24,888 nucleotides of DNA from a virus (Duplodnaviria; Caudoviricetes), in the IMG/VR virus record IMGVR_UViG_3300025848_000177, positions 1-24,888 of that record; one strand, written 5' to 3'. Positions 1-9,336 of the stretch are shown one piece after another. Position numbers and translations under genes: made by a program. The notes beneath the pieces were generated by a model, which was not told where the DNA came from, did no database searches, and saw only the letters and a program-made list of their open reading frames with translations. Positions within the stretch are counted from its first letter, which is position 1, and each line of letters begins with the position of its first letter.

Positions 1-1
1 G

Positions 2-346
2 CTGGAACTCGGCACAGATATCACCTCCGGCAGGACAGACAATATCTGCCTGTGTGAGTATTCATCTTTCATATCCACCTGCGGAATGGCACCCGATACC
101 GAAGCACCGGACATGGGCGTGGATGTATATCAGATATCCGGCAAGCCTGCTACCATCACCTGGCAGGTGGTGGATGGCAAGACCGTACCCGTGATCACAG
201 GGCTGGAGGCGGGACAATATTCCTTCGGTGGGCATCTGTGGATCCATGGCTTCAGGACCTGCGACAGCACCTACCAGAATACCGACCTCTATGATACTAT
301 CAATGTTAATATACTTAAACGAAAGAAGCTCGGCAACGGAAGATGA
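2..346 (+). CDS. 5'-truncated hypothetical protein with PKD/Ig-like beta-sandwich pattern
   Basis: Frame is open from base 2 (LELGTDITSGRTDNICLCEYSSFISTCG-MAPD...), so the start may lie outside the window. YQISGKPATI...VITGLEAGQYSF...DTINVNI resembles PKD-type Ig domains. Stop overlaps the next start (ATGA). Confidence 0.55.
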   Translation: MELGTDITSGRTDNICLCEYSSFISTCGMAPDTEAPDMGVDVYQISGKPATITWQVVDGKTVPVITGLEAGQYSFGGHLWIHGFRTCDSTYQNTDLYDTINVNILKRKKLGNGR

Positions 347-849
347 TTAAGTTACATTTGGGATGTGGGAAGGTGGACCTCGGTCCGGAATGGGACCATA
401 TAGACGCTCAGGATTATGACCATATCAGGAGCCACAATGTCAAGAAGCTACCTTATAAGGATAGCACGGTGGATATGATTTACGCATCCCATCTGATAGG
501 ATATTTCGACAGAAAGGAGGTGATCAAGGTGTTCAACGAATGGCACCGGGTGCTGAAGCCGGGAGGCGTGCTGAGGATAGCCACTCCTGACTTTTGGAGG
601 CTCAGCCAGATGTACACCGCTAATAAGCTAAAGATTGAGATGATACTTGGCCCGCTGTTCGGGAGGATGGATATCGGGGTGAACATATACAATAAGACGG
701 CATGGGATTACCCAAGCCTGACACGGTTCCTGCTGACCTGTGGCTTTACTAATGTGAGGCGTTATGAGTCAGAGATAGATGACAGCTCAGGTGAGCATCT
801 AAAGAATACCCTGATATCCCTTAATGTGGAATCATACTGCGCTAAATAA
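343..849 (+). CDS. Class I SAM-dependent methyltransferase (Methyltransf_11-like)
   Basis: Motif I LHLGCG; LPYKDSTVDMIYASH; EWHRVLKPGGVLRIATPD. No DPPY/NPPY or PCQ DNA-MTase motif. Confidence 0.85.
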   Translation: MIKLHLGCGKVDLGPEWDHIDAQDYDHIRSHNVKKLPYKDSTVDMIYASHLIGYFDRKEVIKVFNEWHRVLKPGGVLRIATPDFWRLSQMYTANKLKIEMILGPLFGRMDIGVNIYNKTAWDYPSLTRFLLTCGFTNVRRYESEIDDSSGEHLKNTLISLNVESYCAK

Positions 850-2207
850 TGGCATACGATTTAAGCTTTGAGACTCATGGCAACGATAAACAAAAGGAGT
901 GCGGTGCCAGGTGGAAGGATGACCATACCACTGAGATAGTGTATGGCGGTGCCAAGGGAGGAGCCAAGTCATATACCGGTGCCTCATTGATCTTCGGTGA
1001 TGCCCTCATATATCCGGGTACTCATTATTTCATTGCGAGGGATTCGCTGAGTGACCTGCGGAAGTACACCATCCCCACCATCCATGAGGTCTTCGGTAAC
1101 TGGGGCCTGCATCAGAAATACTTCTCCTTCAACGGGCAGGATAACTACTTTACTCTTTACAATGGCTCCAAGGTATTCCTCATTGATGCGGCTTACCAGC
1201 CACGGGATCCTTTATATCAGCGGTTCGGTTCAATGCAGATGACCAGGGGATGGATAGAGGAGGCGGGGCAGTTCCGGCTGGCGGCAAAGAATAACCTGTT
1301 CGCATCGATAGGTCGGTGGAAGAATGACACCTACGGCCTGAAGGGAAAGCTGTTGCAGACCTGCAACCCGGCAAAGAACTATTTATACACGGATTATTAT
1401 CGGCCCTTCCGGGATGGCAAGCTGCCTGATCATAAGGCGTTCATTATCGCCTATCCTCAGGACAATAAGATGCTGTCACAGGGGTATATTGACAACCTGA
1501 TGCAGATATTAAGCCCACATGAGAAGGAGAGGCTGATATATGGTAACTGGGAATATGATGATGATCCCAGTGCCTTGATAGATTACGATAAAATACTTGA
1601 TATCTTTTCCAATCCTGTACCAAGCGGGGAGAAAAAGATAACCGCCGACATCGCCCGGCTGGGAGGGGATAAGATAGTCATCATTGAATGGGATGGATGG
1701 AGGGGTAAGGTTCGCTGGTTCGATAGGCAGACACTTGACAAGACGGGTACTCTGTTGGAGGAGGCGAGATATCGTATGGGGATAGGTCTGTCTGATGTGC
1801 TTGTGGATGAGGATGGCATGGGTGGGGGAATAGTGGATTTTCTGAAGGTGAGAGGATTCGTAAATAACTCCAGCCCGGTGGAGAGTCCTGATGGTCCTTA
1901 TGAGGATGGAAAGAGAATGAAAGAGAATTTCGACAATCTAAAGAGCCAATGTTACTTCAGATTATCTGAACGAATAAACAGAAATGGATTATTTTTACAA
2001 TGCGATGAAGATGTGAAGGGATGGATCATCGAGGAGCTTGAACAGGTGAAGCAGAAAAATATGGACTCAGATACCAAGAAAGGGGTGATACCTAAAGACA
2101 AGGTAAAAGAGATCCTTGGCCGTTCACCTGACTTCGCCGATGCCCTGATGATGCGTGAGTATTTTGAACTCAAACCAAAGCGGAGCTTTGTGGCTGCTAC
2201 ATATTAA
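849..2207 (+). CDS. terL: Terminase large subunit
   Basis: Walker A-like YGGAKGGAKS, Walker B WIEEAGQ, coupling motif TCNP, nuclease acidic motifs TADIARLGGD, VDEDGMGGG and SPDFADAL; directly upstream of portal. Confidence 0.95.
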   Translation: MAYDLSFETHGNDKQKECGARWKDDHTTEIVYGGAKGGAKSYTGASLIFGDALIYPGTHYFIARDSLSDLRKYTIPTIHEVFGNWGLHQKYFSFNGQDNYFTLYNGSKVFLIDAAYQPRDPLYQRFGSMQMTRGWIEEAGQFRLAAKNNLFASIGRWKNDTYGLKGKLLQTCNPAKNYLYTDYYRPFRDGKLPDHKAFIIAYPQDNKMLSQGYIDNLMQILSPHEKERLIYGNWEYDDDPSALIDYDKILDIFSNPVPSGEKKITADIARLGGDKIVIIEWDGWRGKVRWFDRQTLDKTGTLLEEARYRMGIGLSDVLVDEDGMGGGIVDFLKVRGFVNNSSPVESPDGPYEDGKRMKENFDNLKSQCYFRLSERINRNGLFLQCDEDVKGWIIEELEQVKQKNMDSDTKKGVIPKDKVKEILGRSPDFADALMMREYFELKPKRSFVAATY

Positions 2208-2217
2208 ACTCAAATAA

Positions 2218-3507
2218 ATGGACCTTTTTGGCCGTAAATTCCAAAGATATTTAGACACGATAAAGCAAATGAATGATGCAAGGATAGCCTCATTCATGTC
2301 TAATTTCAACACCACCATATTCCCGCATTACAAGACCCTCAAGGAGCAGATGGTTTACCAGACGATGGACGATGTCTATTCCGTGGTGAGCCGCCTCTCT
2401 TTGACGGCGGGGATGATACCTTACTATATTGAGGCGAAGGATGGAACCGAGCTAATGGATGACAAAGTGGAGGCTGTGCTTAATCAGCTGACCTTTGAGA
2501 TGAAGGAAAAGATACACATGAACCTCCTGATATCCGGTGAGGTCTTTTTGTATAAGCAGAGATACGAGCTGGGCGTTAATGCCGGGCAGTTCAAGCTGAT
2601 ACTAATCAACCCGGCCAATGTCATCGTGCGGGTTAGCAGTTACTTTCCTTTTGAGGTGGTTGGCTTCGTGTATCAGAATGTCAATGGCGGGGCATCCTTC
2701 GAGATACCCGTGGAGGATATGGTCTATGTGAAGCTTGAGAATCCGGGCAGCGGCGATGAGGATGTCAGGGGATTGAGTCCTATCAAGGTGCTATCCAATA
2801 GGCTTACCAGGGTGCAAAGCAATATCGATGTATCTGTAAGCCAGCTCCAGAATGGAGGACTGCCGGGGGTACTATTCGATAAGTCCCCATCCTTCAGTCC
2901 TGAGCTTGCCAACCTACACAAGGAGAACTTCGCAAGATTCCTGTCCAACTCATCCAATAAGTCAGCACCCTATATCATGGGTGGTGAGGTGGGGTATATC
3001 CCTATCGGTTCCACGCTGGCGGATATGGACCTGACAGCCCTTGCAGATATCGACTTCGATAAGATATGCAATGTCTATGGGGTATCAAGTACATGGTTCA
3101 ACAATCACAATGCGGCCACCGAGTCCAATGTGAAGCAGATGGTTAAGCTGGTTTATACCAATGCCGTCCTTCCCAATGTGATGCGGGTGCAGGATGCAAT
3201 CAACAATCAGGTGATAGCTGAGCTTAACCCGAATGCGATAATCATGTACGATATCTCCGATGTGCCGGAGCTTCAGGAGGACATGAACATCAAGGCAACT
3301 ACTTATGCCACCATGCCGATAATCATCCCTAATGAGGTCAGGGAGGGCATGGGATATGACAGGATTGATGATCCGCTGTATGACCAGCCGATAATCAAGG
3401 CCGGCTATCAGCTGCTGAGCGACCTCACGGTGCCGTCTGATTTGCCGATAACGGGTGATTATCTGAATGTACAGAATGCACAACAGAATAGGCAGAATGT
3501 CCCTTGA
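2218..3507 (+). CDS. Portal protein, HK97 family
   Basis: 429 aa after TerL; VYSVVSRLS, LLISGEVF, RGLSPI, QNGGLPGVL, ICNVYGV and IIPNEVREGMGY motifs. Confidence 0.93.
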   Translation: MDLFGRKFQRYLDTIKQMNDARIASFMSNFNTTIFPHYKTLKEQMVYQTMDDVYSVVSRLSLTAGMIPYYIEAKDGTELMDDKVEAVLNQLTFEMKEKIHMNLLISGEVFLYKQRYELGVNAGQFKLILINPANVIVRVSSYFPFEVVGFVYQNVNGGASFEIPVEDMVYVKLENPGSGDEDVRGLSPIKVLSNRLTRVQSNIDVSVSQLQNGGLPGVLFDKSPSFSPELANLHKENFARFLSNSSNKSAPYIMGGEVGYIPIGSTLADMDLTALADIDFDKICNVYGVSSTWFNNHNAATESNVKQMVKLVYTNAVLPNVMRVQDAINNQVIAELNPNAIIMYDISDVPELQEDMNIKATTYATMPIIIPNEVREGMGYDRIDDPLYDQPIIKAGYQLLSDLTVPSDLPITGDYLNVQNAQQNRQNVP

Positions 3508-3679
3508 GCTGATGGCCATAAAGATCAGGGCCAGCATAGACAGGCTGATCTTAAAGGAGATACCTGTGGAGAGCTGCCCGGTAAAAGAGTCTAAGAATAA
3601 GTGGAAGCGGGAAAAGCTGAAGGAAATGATACTGGGTTACAATTACGGACCTACTGAACTGAAAGGATTTCAATCTTAA
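3497..3679 (+). CDS. Small hypothetical protein (60 aa)
   Basis: Fills the gap between portal and head morphogenesis genes. ATG 3497 (MSLELMAIK...) preferred over 3467 because it gives a shorter overlap. Confidence 0.55.
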   Translation: MSLELMAIKIRASIDRLILKEIPVESCPVKESKNKWKREKLKEMILGYNYGPTELKGFQS

Positions 3680-3684
3680 ATCCA

Positions 3685-4389
3685 ATGAAATACTGGGCTG
3701 ACTTTAATAGGCTGACAAAGAGATATGAGGCAATATATGCCGTCAAGATTAATAAGGCCTTAAAGGACCAGATAGAGGCTTACATAAAAACGGGAGACAT
3801 CAACAGCATCAGCGGTGATAATATCTCAGACATTTTACTGGATATGTATAAGGATGTAGGCGTGGAGTGGGCCTTTCAATCAGGTAAATTCATAAGGGTA
3901 AAGAAGGCACGGAGGCCGCTCGGATTTACTGAGAGGCTTGTAAGGCTATTGCAGGCCCAGTATGGTCCAGATATATTAAATATGAGTTCTAACATAGAGC
4001 AGACCACAAAGGACCAGGTGAGGGCCACATTGATGATGGCGGCTGATAAGGGTTGGAGCATTGACGAAATAACGAGGCAGCTGAGGAGAACAGAGCTGAC
4101 CACATCAAGGGCGAGGCTGATATCGAGGACTGAGGTAATAGGTGCCGCCAATGCTGGGGCCATGGTCAATGCTCAGGATTTGGGTGCTACTACAAAGATA
4201 TGGATCAGCACAATAGATGCAAGGACCAGAGATGACCACAAGACATTAGACGGCCAGCGCAGGGCTTTCAATGAGCCGTTCACGGTAGTGGATAAGGAAG
4301 GAATTACGAGGTCAATGATGCAGCCGGGCGACAAGAATGGCGGACCGGCTCAGGTATGCAACTGTCGCTGCGCTGTGGGATTTGAATAA
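3685..4389 (+). CDS. Head morphogenesis / minor capsid protein (SPP1 gp7 / Mu F-like)
   Basis: RARLISRTE, KIWISTIDARTRDDH, LDGQ and C-terminal CNCRC. Confidence 0.88.
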   Translation: MKYWADFNRLTKRYEAIYAVKINKALKDQIEAYIKTGDINSISGDNISDILLDMYKDVGVEWAFQSGKFIRVKKARRPLGFTERLVRLLQAQYGPDILNMSSNIEQTTKDQVRATLMMAADKGWSIDEITRQLRRTELTTSRARLISRTEVIGAANAGAMVNAQDLGATTKIWISTIDARTRDDHKTLDGQRRAFNEPFTVVDKEGITRSMMQPGDKNGGPAQVCNCRCAVGFE

Positions 4390-4420
4390 AATAAAAAGGG
4401 ATGTTTTTTTTTAATAGAAT

Positions 4421-4430
4421 TAAATTTGCA
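4421..4430 (+). promoter_or_regulatory. Possible Bacteroidota-type -7 promoter element upstream of protease/capsid genes
   Basis: TAAATTTGCA matches TAnnTTTG in an AT-rich spacer; no TTTG at canonical -33 spacing. Confidence 0.35.
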
Positions 4431-4434
4431 TAGG

Positions 4435-5091
4435 ATGTTTAAGTCATACAAATCTAAGGTTAAGGATGTGGACCAAAAAGGTATAGTAGTAGTAGCTGCT
4501 AATGCCTTCGGAAATGTGGATAGTTGGGGTGACATATCCATGCAGGGGTCATTCTCCAAGACAATTAACGAGAACTTTGACCGCCTAAAATGGTTCCTTA
4601 ACCACGACACCACGAAGCTCCTCGGCGTACCCGTCACCGCCCGTGAAACAGTATCTCACCTTGAAATAACCGGACAACTCAATATGAACAAAGAAATGAG
4701 CCGGGACATTTACGAGGACTATAAGCTATACGCTGAATATGGTAAAAGCCTGGAGCATTCAATCGGTGTCGATGCGGTGAAGTGGGACACAAAAGACAAT
4801 ATCCGCAAGGTCACGGAATGGAAGCTCTGGGAGTTTTCCACATTGACCAACTGGGGAGCCAACCCTAATACGCCCATGATTGAAATCAAAAGCGACATCA
4901 CAGACCAGATAAACTTTTTGGAGCTGTCGATGAGAAAAGGCAACTACACTGACGAGAAATTTCTCCAAATAGAAAAGACCATTTCGCAATTAAAATCACT
5001 CATAACGGAGCCGACCGATGTCACTCCAGCTATTGAGCCGGTGGATTGGAAAGGGTTGTCAAACCAATTTATCAAATCATTAAAAAAGTAA
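4435..5091 (+). CDS. HK97-family prohead maturation protease
   Basis: FGNVDSWGD, GSFSKTI, LNHD (His), EHSIG (Ser), LWEFS and WGAN motifs; just before the capsid gene. ATG 4435 preferred over TTG 4426. Confidence 0.92.
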   Translation: MFKSYKSKVKDVDQKGIVVVAANAFGNVDSWGDISMQGSFSKTINENFDRLKWFLNHDTTKLLGVPVTARETVSHLEITGQLNMNKEMSRDIYEDYKLYAEYGKSLEHSIGVDAVKWDTKDNIRKVTEWKLWEFSTLTNWGANPNTPMIEIKSDITDQINFLELSMRKGNYTDEKFLQIEKTISQLKSLITEPTDVTPAIEPVDWKGLSNQFIKSLKK

Positions 5092-5095
5092 AGCC

Positions 5096-6286
5096 GTGGA
5101 AATAACAAAAGACGGAATCCTGGGTGAGCTGAATAATATAAAGGCTGCTCTGGAATCAAACCTGAATGAGAAGGCTGAAGCTCAAAGCAAGAACCTGGAC
5201 GAGAAACTCGCCGAGGTAAACAAGAGTATCGAAGCCGTTAAAAATGCAAAGCCTGAAGTCACTTCAGAAGACCTGAAAGCCGTAAAAGAGAATCTTGATG
5301 TAACCATCAAGGCTCTGGATGTAGTTCAGTCCCGTATGAAGTCCGAGACCTTCAAATCAAAGGCCGTTGCCTCATCTCTGAAAAGCCAAATCAGCGAAGT
5401 AATGGAAGATAATAAAACTTCTATTTCCGCTGTAAGCAAAGAGAAAAGCGTTAAGATGACCATCAAAGCCGCAGGTGATATCACCACTGCAAATATCGAT
5501 GGATCTATTCCTAATACATACCGTCCTGACATCGTTCCGATGCCTTATGAGATGGTCCATGTTCGCAACATCTTCCCTGTAACTCCTTCTGACACCGATT
5601 CATATCACTTCTATCGTCATGCTGGCGGTGAGGGTGCCGTAGCTTTCCAGACCAATGAAGGTACTGCCAAGGCTCAGCTTGATGCCGATCTGGTTGAAGA
5701 TACAGTGAACCTGAACTACCTCGCTGGTTTCGTTCGGGTATCTCGTAAGATGCTCAAGAACTTCTCTGCCCTTAGGACTCACATCAGCCGCTGGCTGCCC
5801 GAAGAGTACTACAAGGCTGAAGATGCTCAAGCAGCTACTGCTCTGGCAACTGCCACAGGTACTCCGAATACATCAGGAACTAACCTGATTGAGAGGATCA
5901 TGCTGACTGTCGGATCTCAAAAGCAAGCCAACTACAATGTAAACATGATTGTTGTTGATGGCAACTCATGGGCTAACATCCTTTTGACCAAGTCAGGAAC
6001 ATCTGAAGAGTACACAATGCCCGGCGGGTCCGTAGTGGTTAGCCCTGCTGGTCAGGTGCTGATCTGCGGTATTCCTGTTTATACTGCCTCATGGGTAGGT
6101 GCGGATAAGGCTCTGGTAGGTGATTCTCGTTATTTCGAAATCATCCAGTCAGAGGGTCTGTCCCTTCAGTTCTTCGATCAGGATGCCGACAATGTAACCA
6201 AGAATAAGGTTACAGCAAGGATAGAGGCTTCAGTCGGTTTTGCGCTGATTGATCCCGCTGCCTTCGCATTTGTTGATGCTCCTTAA
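5096..6286 (+). CDS. Major capsid protein, HK97 family, with N-terminal coiled-coil delta/scaffold domain
   Basis: GTG start; ~125-aa helical N-terminus, then EGTAK, LAGFVRVSRKML, ICGIPVY, LVGD and DPAAF. Confidence 0.95.
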   Translation: MEITKDGILGELNNIKAALESNLNEKAEAQSKNLDEKLAEVNKSIEAVKNAKPEVTSEDLKAVKENLDVTIKALDVVQSRMKSETFKSKAVASSLKSQISEVMEDNKTSISAVSKEKSVKMTIKAAGDITTANIDGSIPNTYRPDIVPMPYEMVHVRNIFPVTPSDTDSYHFYRHAGGEGAVAFQTNEGTAKAQLDADLVEDTVNLNYLAGFVRVSRKMLKNFSALRTHISRWLPEEYYKAEDAQAATALATATGTPNTSGTNLIERIMLTVGSQKQANYNVNMIVVDGNSWANILLTKSGTSEEYTMPGGSVVVSPAGQVLICGIPVYTASWVGADKALVGDSRYFEIIQSEGLSLQFFDQDADNVTKNKVTARIEASVGFALIDPAAFAFVDAP

Positions 6287-6306
6287 TGGGAATAATTTCT
6301 AACTAT

Positions 6307-6337
6307 AGGCCCTGTCCTTTCGAGGGCAGGGCTTTTT
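6307..6337 (+). terminator. Rho-independent terminator after the capsid gene
   Basis: GCCCTGTCCT-TTCG-AGGGCAGGGC stem with UUCG loop, followed by TTTTT. Confidence 0.9.
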
Positions 6338-6348
6338 AACACTATGCC

Positions 6349-6891
6349 ATGGACTATTACAAAAATGCAGACAAATTATCTTCCTACTCCTGCCTGAGTT
6401 ATAATCAGGTCACTGATGTACAGCGTGCAGCCGTGGTGACGGAGCCGGTGCAGCTTAGTGAAATGAAGGAATATGCCAAGGTTGAGAACAGCCTGGATGA
6501 TGGTCTTTTGACTGCGCTGATAAGCTCAGCCCGTGAGATATGCGAGAAGTACACCGGTGTCAGCATGGTACAAAGGGAGATAACGGCATGGTTTAATAAT
6601 GGCAATGGCGGGATATACTTACCCTATGGTCCCGTGGGAACTATTACCGGGGTTTATGATATAGATGGGAATGAGGTGGAATATGAGGTTAAGGGTACAG
6701 AATGGAAGCAGATTTTAAGCCCCATAATGAGCTTAAAAGCGGTTTATCAGGGAGGTGCTGCTACCTGCCCGGAGGTGTTTAAGACAGCCATCAAGGCGCA
6801 GGTCTTATTCATGTATGAGAACAGGGGAGATAGTACCGAATTTATGAGTCCGATAGCTCAGATGATATTAAATCCATTTAAGCGGATATAA
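6349..6891 (+). CDS. Head-tail connector/adaptor protein (HK97 gp6-like)
   Basis: EPVQLSEMKEYAKV...DDGLLTALISSAREICEKYT and C-terminal KTAIKAQVLFMYENRG...LNPFKR. Confidence 0.88.
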   Translation: MDYYKNADKLSSYSCLSYNQVTDVQRAAVVTEPVQLSEMKEYAKVENSLDDGLLTALISSAREICEKYTGVSMVQREITAWFNNGNGGIYLPYGPVGTITGVYDIDGNEVEYEVKGTEWKQILSPIMSLKAVYQGGAATCPEVFKTAIKAQVLFMYENRGDSTEFMSPIAQMILNPFKRI

Positions 6892-7479
6892 ATGTATAAA
6901 CAGGAATATAATATAGGGGACCTCACAGACAGGATTATAATAGAAAACTGGACATATACACAGGATGCCGGCGGTGGGAATATCAAGACCCTCGATAATG
7001 CCTTTTATATATGGGCTATGGTGGACCAGTCACATGGTACCCTCAGCCCCAATTACGGCAAATTCAATTATATATATTCAGCCAAGATAATAACCCGGTA
7101 CAATTCGCTGATAGCTTCAACGAGTACAATCGTTTACGGGAATGCCAGATACCTGGTTAAGAGCGTGATTGATGATGGCAGGTTTTGCGAGATACTGGTT
7201 GAGGTAGGCGAGACACAGCTGGCAAGTGGGTCTGAGGTGCCACCTACGGCGCAGACATATCTTTATAACTACACGGCCACAGGCGGAGAGGATTCATTCT
7301 CTGACCTAAGCCTGATAAATAAAAATGTCTTTGGGGTGTTCAAGGATGGGGTGGCCAAGGTCATCATCACCAGCGGGACCCCGGAAGAGGATGAGGTGTT
7401 ATATGATGCCTCCACGGGGGGCTTTACTTTTGGGTTGCCTTTTTATCAGGGTGAAAAAGTGATAATACAATACTTATGA
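6892..7479 (+). CDS. Head closure/stopper protein (SPP1 gp16-like) with extra C-terminal ~70-aa domain
   Basis: IGDLTDRIII, DAGGG, IWAMV, IITRY and IVYGNARYLVKSV in the first ~108 aa, then a linker and the YTATGGE module. Confidence 0.82.
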   Translation: MYKQEYNIGDLTDRIIIENWTYTQDAGGGNIKTLDNAFYIWAMVDQSHGTLSPNYGKFNYIYSAKIITRYNSLIASTSTIVYGNARYLVKSVIDDGRFCEILVEVGETQLASGSEVPPTAQTYLYNYTATGGEDSFSDLSLINKNVFGVFKDGVAKVIITSGTPEEDEVLYDASTGGFTFGLPFYQGEKVIIQYL

Positions 7480-7694
7480 AAACCTATATAGGCATAGGCG
7501 GGGAGGATGACTTCACGGATTCCGACCTGATAAACAGAAATGTCTTTGGGGTATATAAGAATGGGGTAATGCAGAAGATCATCCCTAATGGGAACCCGGA
7601 GGAGGATGAGGTTTACTTTGATCCTTATACTGGTTATATGAGGTTTGGGACTTCATTCTATGCTGGGGAAAAAGCAATAATTCAATATGCATGA
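7282..7694 (+). repeat. Diverged tandem duplication, 215-nt offset
   Basis: 7282-7479 versus 7497-7694 share e.g. cctgataaa..aaatgtctttggggt and cccgga.gaggatgaggt. Confidence 0.85.
7476..7694 (+). CDS. Stand-alone copy of the head-closure C-terminal module
   Basis: 40/64 aa identical (hand count) to the preceding gene's C-terminus; ATGA-coupled at both ends. Confidence 0.8.
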   Translation: MKTYIGIGGEDDFTDSDLINRNVFGVYKNGVMQKIIPNGNPEEDEVYFDPYTGYMRFGTSFYAGEKAIIQYA

Positions 7695-8107
7695 TTAATA
7701 TAAAATTAGAAGGGTTAAAAGCGGCCATTAAAACCGTGGAACCTGAGCGATTAAAGGGTATTTGCAAGAAGGCTCTGAGTGCCTATGCTTTGAAGGTAGA
7801 TAGCGATGCAAAATTAAGATGCCCTGTTGATTTGGGACAACTCAGATCATCTATTAATCCTGTAACGGATAACCTTGATAATTTGGAGGTTTCGTTTGTG
7901 GCGGGTGTTGATTATGCTGCTTATGTTGAGTTCGGTACCGGGCCTTATGCTGCCAAATATGTGCCGAGCTTGGATCCTGAATGGCAGAAAATAGCCAAAA
8001 AATATTATATTAATGGCGAGGGCAGGATGCCTGCTCAGCCTTTTTTATATCCTGCGGTAATAAATAATTTACCTTTAATCAACAAAAAACTGGAGGAGCT
8101 ATTATGA
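7691..8107 (+). CDS. HK97 gp10-like neck/tail-completion protein
   Basis: CPVDLGQLRSSI, YAAYVEFGT, MPAQPFLYPA. Confidence 0.9.
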   Translation: MINIKLEGLKAAIKTVEPERLKGICKKALSAYALKVDSDAKLRCPVDLGQLRSSINPVTDNLDNLEVSFVAGVDYAAYVEFGTGPYAAKYVPSLDPEWQKIAKKYYINGEGRMPAQPFLYPAVINNLPLINKKLEELL

Positions 8108-8532
8108 TAGACCTTAACTACTCATTACGGGTGGCTTACTATACAGCCCTTCAGGCGGCAGGGGTGCCGGTATATTACCAGAATCTGCCTCCTAATCTTA
8201 ACCCTGACAACTATATCCTGTTCCGGTCCATCAATAATTCGGATGCCTCTACCAAAGGGACATCCGACACATCCACCACGATAACGGTGGAGATACATAC
8301 CAAGACTGACCAGGTGAACAGGGGCCTGAGTGCCGATACGATTGCCAATGATGTGCTGGATGCCATCTACCCTAATAAGACCGATAATCTGGCCATTACG
8401 GGAGGACAGATTTTGTCCACTGAGCTGGTTACGGATGTGGTTCAGGACTTTCAGCTGAATGCTAATGAGGCATATATTTCAAGGTACTTGACATTTAAAC
8501 ATATTATTTATCAATCATCAGATATTTCTTAA
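8104..8532 (+). CDS. Tail terminator protein (DUF3168-like)
   Basis: 142 aa between the gp10-like and tail tube genes; N-terminal helix, VPVYYQNLP, TITVEIHT. Confidence 0.72.
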   Translation: MIDLNYSLRVAYYTALQAAGVPVYYQNLPPNLNPDNYILFRSINNSDASTKGTSDTSTTITVEIHTKTDQVNRGLSADTIANDVLDAIYPNKTDNLAITGGQILSTELVTDVVQDFQLNANEAYISRYLTFKHIIYQSSDIS

Positions 8533-8554
8533 TTTTAACCCAAAATAAAATAAA

Positions 8555-8983
8555 ATGGCACAACACAAGATTTCGGGCAATGATGTCCTTCTTTTCATAG
8601 GTGATGACGGTGTGACTTATGACACTGTTATATGCCTCACTTCCAACGGAGTAACCCGTGCAATCAACAGCATTGATGCGGCTACCAAATGCGGACCGGA
8701 TACCCTTCCCGGTAACATATCTAACGGCGTAAGCTTCGAGGGTCAGGTAATGCTGGACCCGGATGGTGGCTATGCTGGTATTGATATACTGGATGACTAC
8801 TGGAGGAACAAGACTACTATCTATTGGAAGATAGGACCCGTTAGTCCTGTAACCGGTGATATCACTTATTCAGGCACTGGTTTCATTAGCCAGCTTGATG
8901 AGACAGCAGCCCAGGATTCGCCGACCACATTCAGCGGAGCTATTTCCGTGTACGGCACTATGGCTAAAACTGTTACAGCGTAA
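8555..8983 (+). CDS. Major tail tube protein
   Basis: ISGNDVLLFI, SIDAATKC, VSFEG, YSGTGFISQL, TFSGAISVYG; lies before chaperone and tape measure. Confidence 0.85.
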   Translation: MAQHKISGNDVLLFIGDDGVTYDTVICLTSNGVTRAINSIDAATKCGPDTLPGNISNGVSFEGQVMLDPDGGYAGIDILDDYWRNKTTIYWKIGPVSPVTGDITYSGTGFISQLDETAAQDSPTTFSGAISVYGTMAKTVTA

Positions 8984-9336
8984 TGAGCTACATACAACTA
9001 ACAATCGGCGGCAAACTCAGAGGCTTAAAGTATAACAATGGGGCAGTAATGACCATGAGCAAACATATGGACTATAATGATATGGAGTCCACTTATGGTT
9101 ATGCTTTGATTTATTCGGGTCTGTGGGCGAACTGCTATGTCAAGCGTGAGGAGCCTGATTTCAACTTCGAGCAGGTATGCGAGTGGGTGGATCAGATGAG
9201 TTTTGATGACTTGATGAAGGCGAAGGAGTGCTTTGAAAACACCCAGACATATCGGACGCTTTTGGAGGTGGGAGCTAATGCAGAGGAGCAGACAAAAAAA
9301 AAGCAGAAGAGTACTGGGAAGAGTGCCACAAAATAG
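8983..9336 (+). CDS. Tail assembly chaperone (lambda gpG analogue)
   Basis: Between tail tube and tape measure; IGGKLRGLKY; ends with KKK encoded by an A-run slippery site. Confidence 0.8.
   Translation: MSYIQLTIGGKLRGLKYNNGAVMTMSKHMDYNDMESTYGYALIYSGLWANCYVKREEPDFNFEQVCEWVDQMSFDDLMKAKECFENTQTYRTLLEVGANAEEQTKKKQKSTGKSATK
9297..9303 (+). promoter_or_regulatory. -1 frameshift heptamer A AAA AAG (within an A9 run, 9294-9302)
   Basis: X XXY YYZ in the gpG frame; the -1 frame is open to TAA at 9618-9620. Confidence 0.85.

Noticed and set aside
86-346. Terminase small subunit
   Set aside because: Beta-rich, no HTH or helical TerS pattern, and the frame extends beyond the window.
7282-7694. Possible DGR template/variable repeat pair
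   Set aside because: Differences are not adenine-specific, both copies are coding, and no reverse transcriptase is in the window.
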